Shown here: piece by piece, positions 1 to 12,362 of the stretch | How the letters are laid out: every line of letters begins with the position of its first letter | Numbering within the stretch: the stretch's first letter is position 1 | From: Guillardia theta CCMP2712 | Taxonomy: Eukaryota; Protista; Cryptophyta | DNA: 64,000 bases | Direction: 5' to 3' | Assembly: GCF_000315625.1 (NCBI RefSeq) | Contig: NW_005434635.1 | Span: forward strand, 1-64,000 | Position numbers and translations under genes: made by a program | Notes under the pieces: generated by a model | Database searches by the model: none | What the model saw: only the letters and a program-made list of their open reading frames with translations | Told to the model about the DNA's origin: nothing

Positions 1-2102
1 CTGCAACAAGCCGAATCAGTGGTCAAGTCGTTTGGGCCTCTGCCCCGCCCTCGCCCTACCCCGTCCTGCTACTCTCGACCCTCTGCCGCACGCTTGCTCC
101 TGACTTTGCGCAGCCTTGCCTGCCTGTCTTGCTGCCTGCCTGCGCCCCTCTTGCCTGCCTGCCTGCGACCCTCTTGCCTGCCTGCCTGCCTGCCTGTCTT
201 GGTCTGCCTCTGGCTACCGTCGCTACTCACATGCAAGACCCGTCGGCTCCTTGGCACCGGCCGTGCCCGCTGCAGTTGCCGTCTACCGTACAGCCCGCCT
301 CGCAGCTCGCCCCGTACTGGTCCTCCCGGCAAGGCGAGCAGGTCCGGCCTCCGAAGCCTCCCTTGCACTCGCACCTCCCCTCCCGACACTCTCCCCGCTC
401 CTCCCCGCCGCAGTCTGCCGCGCTGCTGCAGTAGCCTCCCGGNNNNNNNNNNNNNNNNNNNNNNNNNNNNNNNNNNNNNNNNNNNNNNNNNNNNNNNNNN
501 NNNNNNNNNNNNNNNNNNNNNNNNNNNNNNNNNNNNNNNNNNNNNNNNNNNNNNNNNNNNNNNNNNNNNNNNNNNNNNNNNNNNNNNNNNNNNNNNNNNN
601 NNNNNNNNNNNNNNNNNNNNNNNNNNNNNNNNNNNNNNNNNNNNNNNNNNNNNNNNNNNNNNNNNNNNNNNNNNNNNNNNNNNNNNNNNNNNNNNNNNNN
701 NNNNNNNNNNNNNNNNNNNNNNNNNNNNNNNNNNNNNNNNNNNNNNNNNNNNNNNNNNNNNNNNNNNNNNNNNNNNNNNNNNNNNNNNNNNNNNNNNNNN
801 NNNNNNNNNNNNNNNNNNNNNNNNNNNNNNNNNNNNNNNNNNNNNNNNNNNNNNNNNNNNNNNNNNNNNNNNNNNNNNNNNNNNNNNNNNNNNNNNNNNN
901 NNNNNNNNNNNNNNNNNNNNNNNNNNNNNNNNNNNNNNNNNNNNNNNNNNNNNNNNNNNNNNNNNNNNNNNNNNNNNNNNNNNNNNNNCTGCCCGCAAGT
1001 CGTCAGCGCCTCTGCCCCGCCCTCGCCCTACCCCGTCCTGCTACTCCCGACCCTCTGCCGCTCGCATTGCGATTAGACTTCTAAACCCTTGCCTGCCTGT
1101 CTTGCTGCCTGCCCGCGCCCCTCTTGCCTGCCTGCCTGCCTGCGACCCTCTTGCCTGCCTGCCTGCGCCCCTCTTGCCTGCCTGCCTGTTTGCCTGTCTT
1201 GGTCTGCCTCTGGCTACCGTCGCTACTCACATGCAAGACCCGTCGGCTCCTCGGCACCGGCCGTGCCCGCTGCAGTTGCCGTCTACCGTACAGCCCGCCT
1301 CGCAGCTCGCCCCGTACTGGTCCTCCCGGCAAGGCGAGCAGGTCCGGCCTCCGAAGCCTCCCTTGCACTCGCACCTCCCCTCCCGACACTCTCCCCGCTC
1401 CTCCCCGCCGCAGTCTGCCGCGCTGCTGCAGTAGCCTCCCGGCCTGCCTACCTCGCTGGTCTCGATGGAGCAGTTATGGCCCGTGTATCCCGTAGCGCAT
1501 CTGCCCGCAAGTCGTCAGCGCCTCTGCCCCGCCCTCGCCCTACCCCGTCCTGCTACTCCCGACCCTCTGCCGCTCGCTTGCTCCTGACTTTGCGCAGCCT
1601 TGCCTGCCTGTCTTGCTGCCTGCCCGCGCCCCTCTTGCCTGCCTGCCTGCCTGCCTGCCTGTCTTGGTCTGCCTCTGGCTACCGTCGCTACTCACATGCA
1701 AGACCCGTCGGCTCCTCGGCACCGGCCGTGCCCGCTGCAGTTGCCGTCTACCGTACAGCCCGCCTCGCAGCTCGCCCCGTACTGGTCCTCCCGGCAAGGC
1801 GAGCAGGTCCGGCCTCCGAAGCCTCCCTTGCACTCGCACCTCCCCTCCCGACACTCTCCCCGCTCCTCCCCGCCGCAGTCTGCCGCGCTGCTGCAGTAGC
1901 CTCCCGGCCTGCCTACCTCGCTGGTCTCGATGGAGCAGTTATGGCCCGTGTATCCCGTAGCGCATCTGCCCGCAAGTCGTCAGCGCCTCTGCCCCGCCCT
2001 CGCCCTACCCCGTCCTGCTACTCCCGACCCTCTGCCGCTCGCTTGCTCCTGACTTTGCGCAGCCTTGCCTGCCTGTCTTGCTGCCTGCCTGCGCCCCTCT
2101 TG

Positions 2103-2152
<50 letters not shown>

Positions 2153-3945
2153 TTGGTCTGCCTCTGGCTACCGTCGCTACTCACATGCAAGACCCGTCGG
2201 CTCCTTGGCACCGGCCGTGCCCGCTGCAGTTGCCGTCTACCGTACAGCCCGCCTCGCAGCTCGCCCCGTACTGGTCCTCCCGGCAAGGCGAGCAGGTCCG
2301 GCCTCCGAAGCCTCCCTTGCACTCGCACCTCCCCTCCCGACACTCTCCCCGCTCCTCCCCGCCGCAGTCTGCCGCGCTGCTGCAGTAGCCTCCCGGCCTG
2401 CCTACCTCGCTGGTCTCGATGGAGCAGTTATGGCCCGTGTATCCCGTAGCGCATCTGCCCGCAAGTCGTCAGCGCCTCTGCCCCGCCCTCGCCCTACCCC
2501 GTCCTGCTACTCCCGACCCTCTGCCGCTCGCTTGCTCCTGACTTTGCGCAGCCTTGCCTGCCTGTCTTGCTGCCTGCCTGCGCCCCTCTTGCCTGCCTGC
2601 CTGCCTGCCTGCCTGTCTTGGTCTGCCTCTGGCTACCGTCGCTACTCACATGCAAGACCCGTCGGCTCCTTGGCACCGGCCGTGCCCGCTGCAGTTGCCG
2701 TCTACCGTACAGCCCGCCTCGCAGCTCGCCCCGTACTGGTCCTCCCGGCAAGGCGAGCAGGTCCGGCCTCCGAAGCCTCCCTTGCACTCGCACCTCCCCT
2801 CCCGACACTCTCCCCGCTCCTCCCCGCCGCAGTCTGCCGCGCTGCTGCAGTAGCCTCCCGGCCTGCCTACCTCGCTGGTCTCGATGGAGCAGTTATGGCC
2901 CGTGTATCCCGTAGCGCATCTGCCCGCAAGTCGTCAGCGCCTCTGCCCCGCCCTCGCCCTACCCCGTCCTGCTACTCCCGACCCTCTGCCGCTCGCTTGC
3001 TCCTGACTTTGCGCAGCCTTGCCTGCCTGTCTTGCTGCCTGCCCGCGCCCCTCTTGCCTGCCTGCCTGCCTGCGCCCCTATTGCCTGCCTGCCTGTCTTG
3101 GTCTGTCTTGGTCTGCCTCTGGCTACCGTCGCTACTCACATGCAAGACCCGTCGGCTCCTCGGCACCGGCCGTGCCCGCTGCAGTTGCCGTCTACCGTAC
3201 AGCCCGCCTCGCAGCTCGCCCCGTACTGGTCCTCCCGGCAAGGCGAGCAGGTCCGGCCTCCGAAGCCTCCCTTGCACTCGCACCTCCCCTCCCGACACTC
3301 TCCCCGCTCCTTCCCGCCGCAGTCTGCCGCGCTGCTGCAGTAGCCTCCCGGCCTGCCTACCTCGCTGGTCTCGATGGAGCAGTTATGGCCCGTGTATCCC
3401 GTAGCGCATCTGCCCGCAAGTCGTCAGCGCCTCTGCCCCGCCCTCGCCCTACCCCGTCCTGCTACTCCCGACCCTCTGCCACTCGCTTGCTCCTGACTTT
3501 GCGCAGCCTTGCCTGCCTGTCTTGCTGCCTGCCTGCGCCCCTCTTGCCTGCCTGCCTGCCTGCCTGCCCGCCTGCCTGTCTGCCTGCCTGCCTGCTTGCC
3601 TGCCTGTCTTGGTCTGCCTCTGGCTACCGTCGCTACTCACATGCAAGACCCGTCGGCTCCTCGGCACCTTCCATGTGCGCTGCAGTTTGTGTACGAGTCA
3701 CAGAATATGTTGCAATCAAAACCAAAGGTGGTTTGTCGGCAGATATCGTTTTCTGTTTCATTTCTGTTGCTGGTTGACATGTTTCCACAATCAATGCATT
3801 CTGTTGATACATCGTTGTTTCTGTCAATTGTTTTTGTGTCTGAAGGAAGGTTTGTACCTCGGATTTCTCGGTTTCCTTCGACACACAACAACAAAGAGAT
3901 GAAAATGATCATCATCTTCCTACGATGAAAGTCCTTCCATGCCAT
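1..3945 (-). CDS. Secreted/surface EGF-like (laminin/tenascin-type) repeat protein; multi-exon, 3' part runs off the left edge of the window
   Basis: Exon 1 (3945-3641) reads MAWKDFHRRKMMIIFISLLLCVEG (signal peptide)...CRQTTFGFDCNIFCDSYTNCSAHGRCRGADGSC, followed by a GTGAGT donor. Near-identical 270-nt exons follow at 3409-3140, 2919-2650, 2454-2185, 1965-1696 and 1500-1231, plus a partial copy from the gap edge to 231. Each is flanked by GCTGAC...GGGCAG and GTGAGT and reads ICATGYTGHNCSIETSEVGRPGGYCSSAADCGGEERGECREGRCECKGGFGGRTCSPCREDQYGASCEAGCTVDGNCSGHGRCRGADGSC. The last intron (230-1) ends in TTGCAG at position 1. Confidence 0.88.
36..3668. repeat. Tandem array of 465-512 bp units (exon+intron duplications) with an internal (CCTG)n microsatellite
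   Basis: Unit starts (ctgcccgcaagtcgtcagcg) lie at 989, 1501, 1966, 2455, 2920 and 3410, giving spacings of 512, 465, 489, 465 and 490. The length variation is confined to the CCTG-rich part. Confidence 0.97.
443..988. other. Assembly gap (546 N) inside the tandem array
   Basis: Run of N. Confidence 1.
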
Positions 3946-4582
3946 CGTCTCTCCTCTCCTTGATCCTTCAGCCGCCCTTGTCTCACATCAGCGGTCCATC
4001 AATTCAACCAGCAATGACCCCACCCCCTCAAACCGTTATAGAGATTTCATAACCCTCTTCTACCCTACATACTTGTTTCAATACCGGTACTCCTGAGCTC
4101 CTTTTACCTTGTCTATCACCCCCTTGTGAGAATGTTTCGCACTCCTGTACCCCACCCGTCCTCTACAACACCACTCGGTTTATATGCGTCACAAGGCTGA
4201 AAACCCGCAACTCCCCGTGTACGGGTGGGTCATATACCCCTACCCTGTCACCCCCCTCTCCCAGTACCCCCTCTAATGGCTCACATTCATTCCAGTGCTG
4301 TGTATTGACAGGTATGCTCCGAGGCTGCTCAGCTGGCAAGAGGCGACTGCCGGGCAGGGCGTATCCCTTCTTGCATTAGTGTCTGTGCTATGACATCTTC
4401 ACTCCTGGACAGCATCTGCTGCACCCGGTGACCCCCCAGCTTCCTCTTATTGACCCCTCGTGCGCCTTGAGCCTGGATTCCAGCTGGCACAGTTACACGG
4501 ACATGAAGAATACAACGGTTTGTAACGCATATAACCACTGTCTACCTGGTAGTCAGGGCCCCCGCAGGGACACGCATTGGCC

Positions 4583-7479
4583 ATGTCGCTGTTCCGCGCG
4601 CGGGAATGGTGGAGCGCGCGATCCGAGGGGGAGGGAGAGGAGGTTAGCGGCAGCCTGCTGATAGCGAACGTAGACAACAGTCCCGAAGAGGAGGACAAAC
4701 TCGTTGTGGGAGGCTTGTCAGGAGTTCTCAGGATCTACAGGCCTGCAGGGAGGGGATACAAGCCGGCAGACCTGATGCTAGAGGCTCAACTGGGAGCTCC
4801 GATCCTGCAGGTCGAGGCCGGTCGGTTCTCCCAGCATTCTCCGAAAGAAATTGCACTTGCTGTCTTGTTCCCCAAGGCTCTGGCGGTCTTCTGCGTGTCT
4901 ACGACTGTGGTACAGGGGGAGGCGACAGATGACTCATTCATCAACTTGTCGCTGCTGTACAAGCATGAACTGAAGCGGTCTGCTTTCAATTTCACTTATG
5001 GAAGCTTCGGAGGAACCAAAGACAAGGATATCATTGCTGTTCAGTCGCTGGATGGAGAACTTCTCTTCATTGAGCACGAGCAGGTTACTTTCAGCAAATT
5101 TCTACCCAACTTCCTTGTGCCTGGTCCGATGTGTTACTTGCCGCAACCTTTTGACGCCATCGTCACAGTGAACTCTCAGTTTGAGTGTCAGTGCTTCAAG
5201 TACAGCACTCTGTCTTCTTCTTCGGGAGGCAACATTGCTTCAGAAGACGACAGGGAAAAAGAAAACAGGAGAGCTCGGACGGAGTGGACGACATGTCTTG
5301 GTGAAAGCGCGATCCAAGTGCAATGTTTCAAACCACCTGGCTACTTGACTTCTGAGAAATATGAGATAGTCATTCTCGGTGAGAGGAGTGCCTTCTGGCT
5401 CACTGGTTCTGGCTCGATCCGTGCCTCAAAGGAGATGGAACAGCCGATCACTTGCATGTATAGTTACGTTGTTCAAGCGCAGGAAAAGGCTGTCAACTTT
5501 TTGTTTGGAACTATATCTGGCCAGCTACTTGTCTATAATTACGATCTAAAGTTGCTCTGGGCTGCTTTGTTGGATTTCCCACCCATTAGCGTTGGTATAT
5601 TGTCGGCTGGTGGAGTAAGAGGACTCGTAGGAACTCTGGGGGAAAACGGCGATGTGATGCTATCATACATGGGAACTGAGCCCCCATCGCAGGTAATTTG
5701 CTCCCTCAGTTTATTTCAGCTTGTGTCTTTCGTGCTGCTCTGCTGAACCAATCAACTAGTGCTGATTTTCTTTGATTCTCAGGTGATCAACAACCATGAC
5801 AAGAAACAGCTTAATTATGAAAATATGGATGAAGAACATAGAAAATTGCTGTCAATCATACGAAAGTCTACCACTGAAAGTAAGTCTGAGCCAACAGACA
5901 GATTAATTTTACGAGCTCAAGTCCCAAATAGCATCGATACAGGCAACCCTGATCTGAATTGGCAGAACATTCAAGTTACGGTGAAATTATTCGTGTCATA
6001 TACAGGCCAAGATTCTTTGGAAAACATCAAACTTACCGTGAAAGTTCCTGAGCCATTCACGTGTAACATAGAGAACAAGGAAATCCCTTTTCTTGAAGGT
6101 GGAAGCGGTACTCCGAGGACGATCTCCTTGGTCTTCGGGGTGTCCTCGCCCAGCCTGCCTACAGGAACAGAAGTTTCTGTGGTCGCCGCGTATCAATCTA
6201 AAAGTGGCGATCCGCGAATAGTTTCAAGCTCCTTTGCCCTGCCCCTTGCATTGTGTGGACGAGGAATCCCTCCTGTCAAAGATGGAGCGTACAAAATCAC
6301 TCTTGACATCAACCAAGAGCCACCCTCTCTCCTGGCCTTGTTCGAAGATATTCCTTTTCAAGGCGGCTCTACGCTGCCGAATGTTTTCAGCTTCTTATAC
6401 CATGATGGAACACAAACCACCATCATCGTAGCCAAGAACACCAACAGATTCCGAATACAATCTGCTGCTTTTGCCTCGCTTGCTCTCCTTTCAAGTGAAC
6501 TAGCAAGGAGGTTGAAGCTACATTTTGCGAATGCTGAGGACGAATTTATGATTGGTTTCAACGATGATTTGGGGGAACAATTGAATATTTATTCCACCGT
6601 GATTGATTCGCATTTTGATGCGAGAAAAGCATTGAAGGTTGACGATCTCTCAACAATTAAATCTGATGCAATAACAATCAATGACAGAGTCTACACGATG
6701 AGTTGGAAATTTTTGCTAAAGAATTCCGAACGATCCAAAAACGTCTCCTCGTTCGATACAAAGATAGTCAGATCACATTTCTGATCTTGCATTCACTGAA
6801 TATGCTTCCAAGGGAATGCGTCGTCGCTAATGGGAATGGACAAGTTGCTTTCTATGTCATACGACCGCATAGTATCGTGCGCGGAAAAGGTAAATTCCTA
6901 ACTTTGATCTGGTGTGGCTTTGCAAATTCTTGTCTTACTGTGTCCTGTCCAGGGAGAGAAAATGCAGCAAGAACTCAAGTCACGTGCAAATCAGCTGTCG
7001 AATGCAACGCGCTTGATGTTGTTATTGTTACGGTACTGAAACATGGTGCAATGTTGAGCAACGATCGATCTGTGACTTTGCAAGTCAGATTCAAGTTCCA
7101 ACTTGATGATGATGGTTTCAACATCCTAGAGGATCACTGGAGCCCTCGAGTGGTCGATTGTGAAACGCAATACGTGAGTTGTGGAATCATAGACGCAGGC
7201 GTTGAGTGCTTTCCTTGGCACAGGGATGGGAAGAAGCTACTGAGCTCTCACTTGGCCTGCTGCTCAAGACAGCTTTGTCCAAGAGTGGACAACGAGAGGC
7301 GACGCTGCCTCAGGTGAGTCTCCCCTCCACTGCTGCACACACGAAGATGAGTGTGGACAGGAACCTCCCAAGGCTGCGGGTGACACATCGAAACTGAAGA
7401 AGCTGATGGTACAAGTGTGCGAGAGGCTGGCCGCTCAACAAGCATGAAGGGAGTCAGCACCAGCCGGGGTGACAAATAG
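4583..7479 (+). CDS. BBS9: Bardet-Biedl syndrome 9 (PTHB1) BBSome subunit, multi-exon
   Basis: MSLFRAREWWS N-terminus, VQSLDGEL, NFLVPGPMCY, LSYMGTEP, FRIQS, FRTIQKRLLVRYKD and GWEE motifs typical of PTHB1. First intron 5693-5782, several short introns later, TAG at 7477-7479. Confidence 0.95.
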
Positions 7480-7579
7480 GCGCTCACATAATTCCACTGA
7501 TATGTAACGAAGAGCACAGCTCTGTGTTTAATGATAAACAAAAGAAACTTGTCCAGTTTCCCACACCACTCTAAATGAT

Positions 7580-10004
7580 CTACCGGCAGATGTGCACAAT
7601 CTCGGCCACGGTCTGCTGCATCGACATTTCCAAATGCTGCATCTCCCTGGCAAGATCTCCGAGGCCCTCAGGCTCTGCATCCATGACTGCAAGGTCCTGG
7701 ACAGCATCCATGATATCAGTGTCATCTCCTCGTGTCTTGGCAACTCCGCGCAGGGCCTCAACAGCGCTAAAGGGTCCTGAGATCGAGGCAGCCGGATCCT
7801 CCTGCCTCGATGTGTCCTCAACCTGCAATCCTTCGGCCAAACCGACGATACCGAACTGCCTGGCTCCAAATCTCCTGTATACTCCATCCTTGGCTATCAA
7901 CTCGTCATGGGTTCCGGACTCGACAACCTTGCCACCCTGAATCACGCTGATAATGTCTGCATTGCGGATTGTAGAGAGACGATGAGCAACGACAACGCAA
8001 GTCCTTCCGACCATAAGACGATCCAAAGCTTCCTGTACCAGCTTCTCACTCTCCGCATCCAAGGAGCTGGTGGCTTCATCGAGCAAAAGGATCTTGGGAT
8101 CCTTCAACAAGGCGCGAGCAATGGCAATGCGCTGCTTCTGTCCTCCTGAAAGCATTACACCACGCTCTCCGCACTGGGCATCATAGCCTTGGGGCAAAGC
8201 CTGGATGAAGTCATGGGCATTCGCCAAACGAGCAGCCTGCTCAACGCGGGCATGAGTGCAAATCTTGGATCCGTACATGATGTTGTCCTCGATAGACATG
8301 GCAAACAGGACTGGCTCCTGCTGCACCAGACCGACCTGGTCACGGAGCCACTGGGGATCATACTTCAGGATGTCCATTCCGTCGATAAGGATGGAGCCTC
8401 CCTGGCAATCGTAGAAACGCTCGATGAGATAGATGAAGGTGGACTTGCCGCATCCAGAGGCGCCAACAAGGGCAAGAGTCTTACCAGGGGGAAGATTGAC
8501 AGAGAGGCCGTTCATGATCTTGATCTTGGGCCTGGATGGGTAATGGAAGTGCACATCCTTGAACTCAATGTGTCCTTCAATCCCGTTGGGAGCAATGTAA
8601 CCTCCATCGTAGTTGACAGCTGGAACACGATCCAACAACTCGAAGATACGACCAGAAGCTCCGATCGCCTCCATGAATTGAGGAAAGATGGAGATCAAGG
8701 AGGAGAAGGCAAACACAGACTGGAGAGCGAAAAGCATGTACGACACGAGACCACCAACAGACATCTGATTTTGGAAGATCAACTGACCACCATACCACAT
8801 CGCGACCAAGATACAAGAATCTCCAGCCAAGTTCGTGATGGACGACAATCCACCAGCAATCCACGCCCTGCGCTTGATGATGAGGTAGGAAATGTTGATC
8901 TTGTCAGCGTAATGAGAAATTTCCTTCTCTTCCATAACGTAGGAACGAACTGTACGAATGTTGGACAGGGTTTCATCGGCCTTGGAGCCAGCATCGGCCA
9001 ACGCAATCAACTCTTGCTCAGTCAAAATCTTCATACAGAAACCTTGAAGGAACATGCAAACAGCAATCACAGGGATGAGCGACAGAACAACCAAGGTCAA
9101 CTTCCAGTTGTACGTGAAAATGGCAATCAACCCAATGACAACCTGGCACAAGGGAATGAACCATCCGGCAAGATTTGCAGTCACCACCATCTGAATGACC
9201 TCGGTATCGGTCGAAAGACGGTTGAGAAGCTCACCAACTCTGACAGTATCAAAGAAAGCGACATCCTGACGAAGCATGTTTCTAAGAACCAGGGTCCTGA
9301 GGCGGCACGAGCAACGGGTTGCCGCAATGGTATACAGAACCGAGGAGAACAACGTGAGCATACAATCAGCCACGTAGATACAGAGCAAGTAAAGAGTGAA
9401 TGTAGTAACTGCCGACTTTCCTGCATTCAGGGAGGAATAATGAACGGCGTTGATGACCATACCAACGAAAATGTTCTGAGACATATGCAAAAAAGCAGAA
9501 ATGGATGCCAAAAAGGTGGCAGAAATAACGAGTGGCAACTCAGGCTTGCCGAAACGCAACAAGCGCATGACTGTTGGTTTCTTCTGCTTGTAGGTGTCAT
9601 CTTCAGGTCCATCGTAGTCACTTTCTCCCATCTCGCTCTGAGGGGGAGCATCTTCGAACTAACGAAAACGAGTCAGACTCCAATCAGGGTTAGGTATAAG
9701 GTGAGAGGAGAGAAGCCGACAGTTGAAGGAAGCAACCAGGATAAAGAGCTATGGGGAAAGAATTCCGATCTATCACGGAAAAGGATCTTGCATACAAAGG
9801 AACATCACAGAGAGAGACTTCGAGGGCTAGCAAGGATGATGGACAGAATGACTGGCCACAACAAGAGATAACACGTCGAATGAGGTCAGGAGGTGCGCGA
9901 AGGAAGAGAGGAAAAGGAGGAGGAGGAGGACTCACGGTGCTGCCATCCGTCTCGGTGTCAAGCAGCTTCCCCTCGCTCTGAGAGTAGCGATCGACCTCGG
10001 ACAT
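7580..10004 (-). CDS. ABC transporter subfamily B half-transporter (TMD+NBD; TAP/MDL1/ABCB10-like)
   Basis: Walker A GASGCGKST, Q-loop QQEPVLF, signature LSGGQKQR, Walker B ILLLDEATS, H-loop AHRLST, six-helix TMD. A 23-codon first exon (10004-9936) joins in frame via GT-AG intron 9935-9659. Confidence 0.95.
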
Positions 10005-10572
10005 TGCTGAGCTGCCGACGTGGGCAGAGGGAGAGAGGCGTCTACAAGACGGGGATTGGGAGGGGTGTCTTGCAGGGGTTGGTGGTAGATTACCGGTAGG
10101 GTAGTGGCAAGACTAGTCCCAGCCCCACTCCCATAGCCAATAATAGGGGGTAGTATGATAAATTGTAGGGTAGTGCCATCTCGGGGTGAACACTGAAAGG
10201 GTGGATAAAAGAGGGGGTAGGGGTCCAATTTTTTTTCTTTCTTGCTTTTCGCTATTCTTGGAGTTGCCCCCTCGACTACCCCACCACCTAAATACCCTAA
10301 ACCTTAGGAAGTTTTGGGGGTAATTTTGACAACAATTCAGTTTTAGTTAATTATAGCAAAATATCAAGTCTGCCTCTGAGTAGATTATTAATAGAGGCAA
10401 GGACAGAAATTGAAATTTAAGACCCCCACAGACATTGCGACCTGTCCGACCATGACGGACTTCAAGGTTCACCGGGTCCAGATCCCGGGCCCGGATGAAC
10501 TCTGCGAGAGATGTGGGGGTTGGCCCGTACCTTGTCCCGAAATAGCGGCGGCGTCGAGGCTCTTGCTCCAGG

Positions 10573-11403
10573 ATGGCGCGGGGAGAGTTCGATCGGCAGC
10601 CAATGCACGTCAGCAACGGAAGCGAGTTTGTGCTTGAAATCAGTAGGAAGAAGGATGGCAAGAGATGGTTCCGGAAAGCCGTCCTTGCTTGCGGCGTCAT
10701 CGTATCTGCAGTTGCCATCGTCGTCCTTGCGAACCGCGGAAATAGCACCATGTCTCTTGCTGCGCAGGGCATCAGCGAACATGGAGAGTGGTGCAATGGT
10801 TGTGGTCCACTTCCTCTGGCAGGTGTCGTTTCTAAGAATGCTGAGAGGATTGCTGCGAACTTGGACTCTATGCGCGCGTTGTACCAGAGTGCGAATGCGG
10901 GATTGGATGCAGCGAACAAATATGTATTGAACCTCGAAAACACCGTCGAAGACACGGAAGAAAAGCTGGCATCTGGTTTGGCAAAGTATCAAGCTGTTCC
11001 AGGCCTTGCAAACAGTATTTATGCTCCTGTGAATCCTTCAGCTGTAATCGCACGTCCTGCGGCTGTCTCAAGAACATATGTACAACCTTACGCTGCTCCT
11101 GTATATGCTGCGCCTGCTGCAGCGACATATCCTGTAGCAAGCTCTGGATATCATCAGGTTTGGGTGCCAAATAGTGACGTATACAGCCGAAGATATGAGT
11201 ATAGCTTCCCTCAAATAGTGTCATCCAGACATGCTCAAGACGGGAAGTGGGTATGGGTTCGAAGTGGTGAAGCTTTAGCGCAGCGACCTTATCCTCAACG
11301 CATTCGAAGAAGTATTAATGTCGGCTCTGGTGCTGATTCCAACTCTCGAAGACCTGAAGTCAATGTTATTTTGACTTCTCCTCAAGCTCGACCACAGTGG
11401 TGA
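10573..11403 (+). CDS. Hypothetical type II membrane protein (paralog of 11550-12362)
   Basis: 276-aa ORF with a basic stretch then one TM helix (AVLACGVIVSAVAIVVLA), a WCNGCG motif, a coiled coil, an Ala/Pro/Tyr-rich tail, and GYHQVWVP and GKWVWV motifs. Confidence 0.75.
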   Translation: MARGEFDRQPMHVSNGSEFVLEISRKKDGKRWFRKAVLACGVIVSAVAIVVLANRGNSTMSLAAQGISEHGEWCNGCGPLPLAGVVSKNAERIAANLDSMRALYQSANAGLDAANKYVLNLENTVEDTEEKLASGLAKYQAVPGLANSIYAPVNPSAVIARPAAVSRTYVQPYAAPVYAAPAAATYPVASSGYHQVWVPNSDVYSRRYEYSFPQIVSSRHAQDGKWVWVRSGEALAQRPYPQRIRRSINVGSGADSNSRRPEVNVILTSPQARPQW

Positions 11404-11549
11404 TTTTTGTTATTACAGCCGAAGAACATATTACTACATAATCTATTCTGCCTCTTATATTTTGATAAAAAGGTCGCAAAGGGCTGATTGAGCATTATGT
11501 CAATGTGCCTCCCCGCATTTGCCAACCTTCACCTTCATTTGCTCTTAAT

Positions 11550-12362
11550 TTATTCTTGATTTGCATTCTTGATCCAGACCCAATGGCCTCCTCTGTAACC
11601 TGGAGCTTTGTAATTCGCATCAACGAGGTGATGATAGAATGGCCCCACAATATAAGGATATTTCGTATCCGGATAGTAATGGTCATGAGGAAACGAACGC
11701 GTCACTTGCACCGAAGATGGGTACTGTTCTGACCACACCCAATGCAATGAACAATCAGCATCAAGCTGTCCATCGTGATCATTATCGCAGTCATCTGGGA
11801 CCCAGATCAAGTGTCTGGAATCATCAGCTACTTCATGATCCGATGGGAGAGGAAAGAAAGGAACTTCGTCAACGCCACCGCGAGGAGCTGTTGTTTTGGA
11901 AGTCTTCATCCTGTTCACAGGCACCCATTGCAAATGATATCCCTTCGGTACTTCTAGAGGAATGCCCTGAGGAGATAATCCATCCAGACTAGTCCTGCTG
12001 GAGCTCCCAGTTCTCAATCCAGGTAGGGCAAGAGATGTTTTAGCATCAAAGAACGGTGGGGGACCAAACGTATTGGTGTAAAGGTCCTTTTCACCACCAT
12101 TTGCGCTCTCGTATAAGGATTTCAAAGCCGATACGGAGGATCTTCTACCGCCATCATTTGCAAATAATTGAAGCAATTGATCCTTGTCGCTCTGTCTGGA
12201 AGTGGTTGCCATTGCCACGGTGACGACAAATATGGTAGCAATGCATGACACAATCGCCAGCAACCACCTTCTTCTCTTTGACTCTAACTCCAGCGGGCGA
12301 GCAACAACAACTCCATAAGTGCCAAAGTTGGTCCTGCCAGCATCAAATCGCGGATCTTCCAT
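11550..12362 (-). CDS. Hypothetical type II membrane protein (paralog of 10573-11403)
   Basis: 270-aa ORF with KRRR then a TM helix (WLLAIVSCIATIFVVTVAM), SLYESANGG, and repeated GYHLQWVP/RHLIWVP/LHWVW/GHWVW motifs. Confidence 0.75.
   Translation of the reverse strand: MEDPRFDAGRTNFGTYGVVVARPLELESKRRRWLLAIVSCIATIFVVTVAMATTSRQSDKDQLLQLFANDGGRRSSVSALKSLYESANGGEKDLYTNTFGPPPFFDAKTSLALPGLRTGSSSRTSLDGLSPQGIPLEVPKGYHLQWVPVNRMKTSKTTAPRGGVDEVPFFPLPSDHEVADDSRHLIWVPDDCDNDHDGQLDADCSLHWVWSEQYPSSVQVTRSFPHDHYYPDTKYPYIVGPFYHHLVDANYKAPGYRGGHWVWIKNANQE

Noticed and set aside
1089-3404. 771-aa plus-strand ORF and the many PACL-repeat ORFs in the array
   Set aside because: They are antisense read-through of GC-rich repeats. 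The frame shifts in the 490-bp unit, and the minus-strand spliced EGF reading explains the structure.
36-3668. CRISPR array, telomeric or centromeric satellite
   Set aside because: There are no unique spacers or telomere motif, the context is eukaryotic, and the units carry splice signals and a constant coding exon.
8189-9871. 560-aa ORF antisense to the ABC transporter
   Set aside because: It is a shadow ORF produced by codon bias of the sense gene, with no recognisable motifs.
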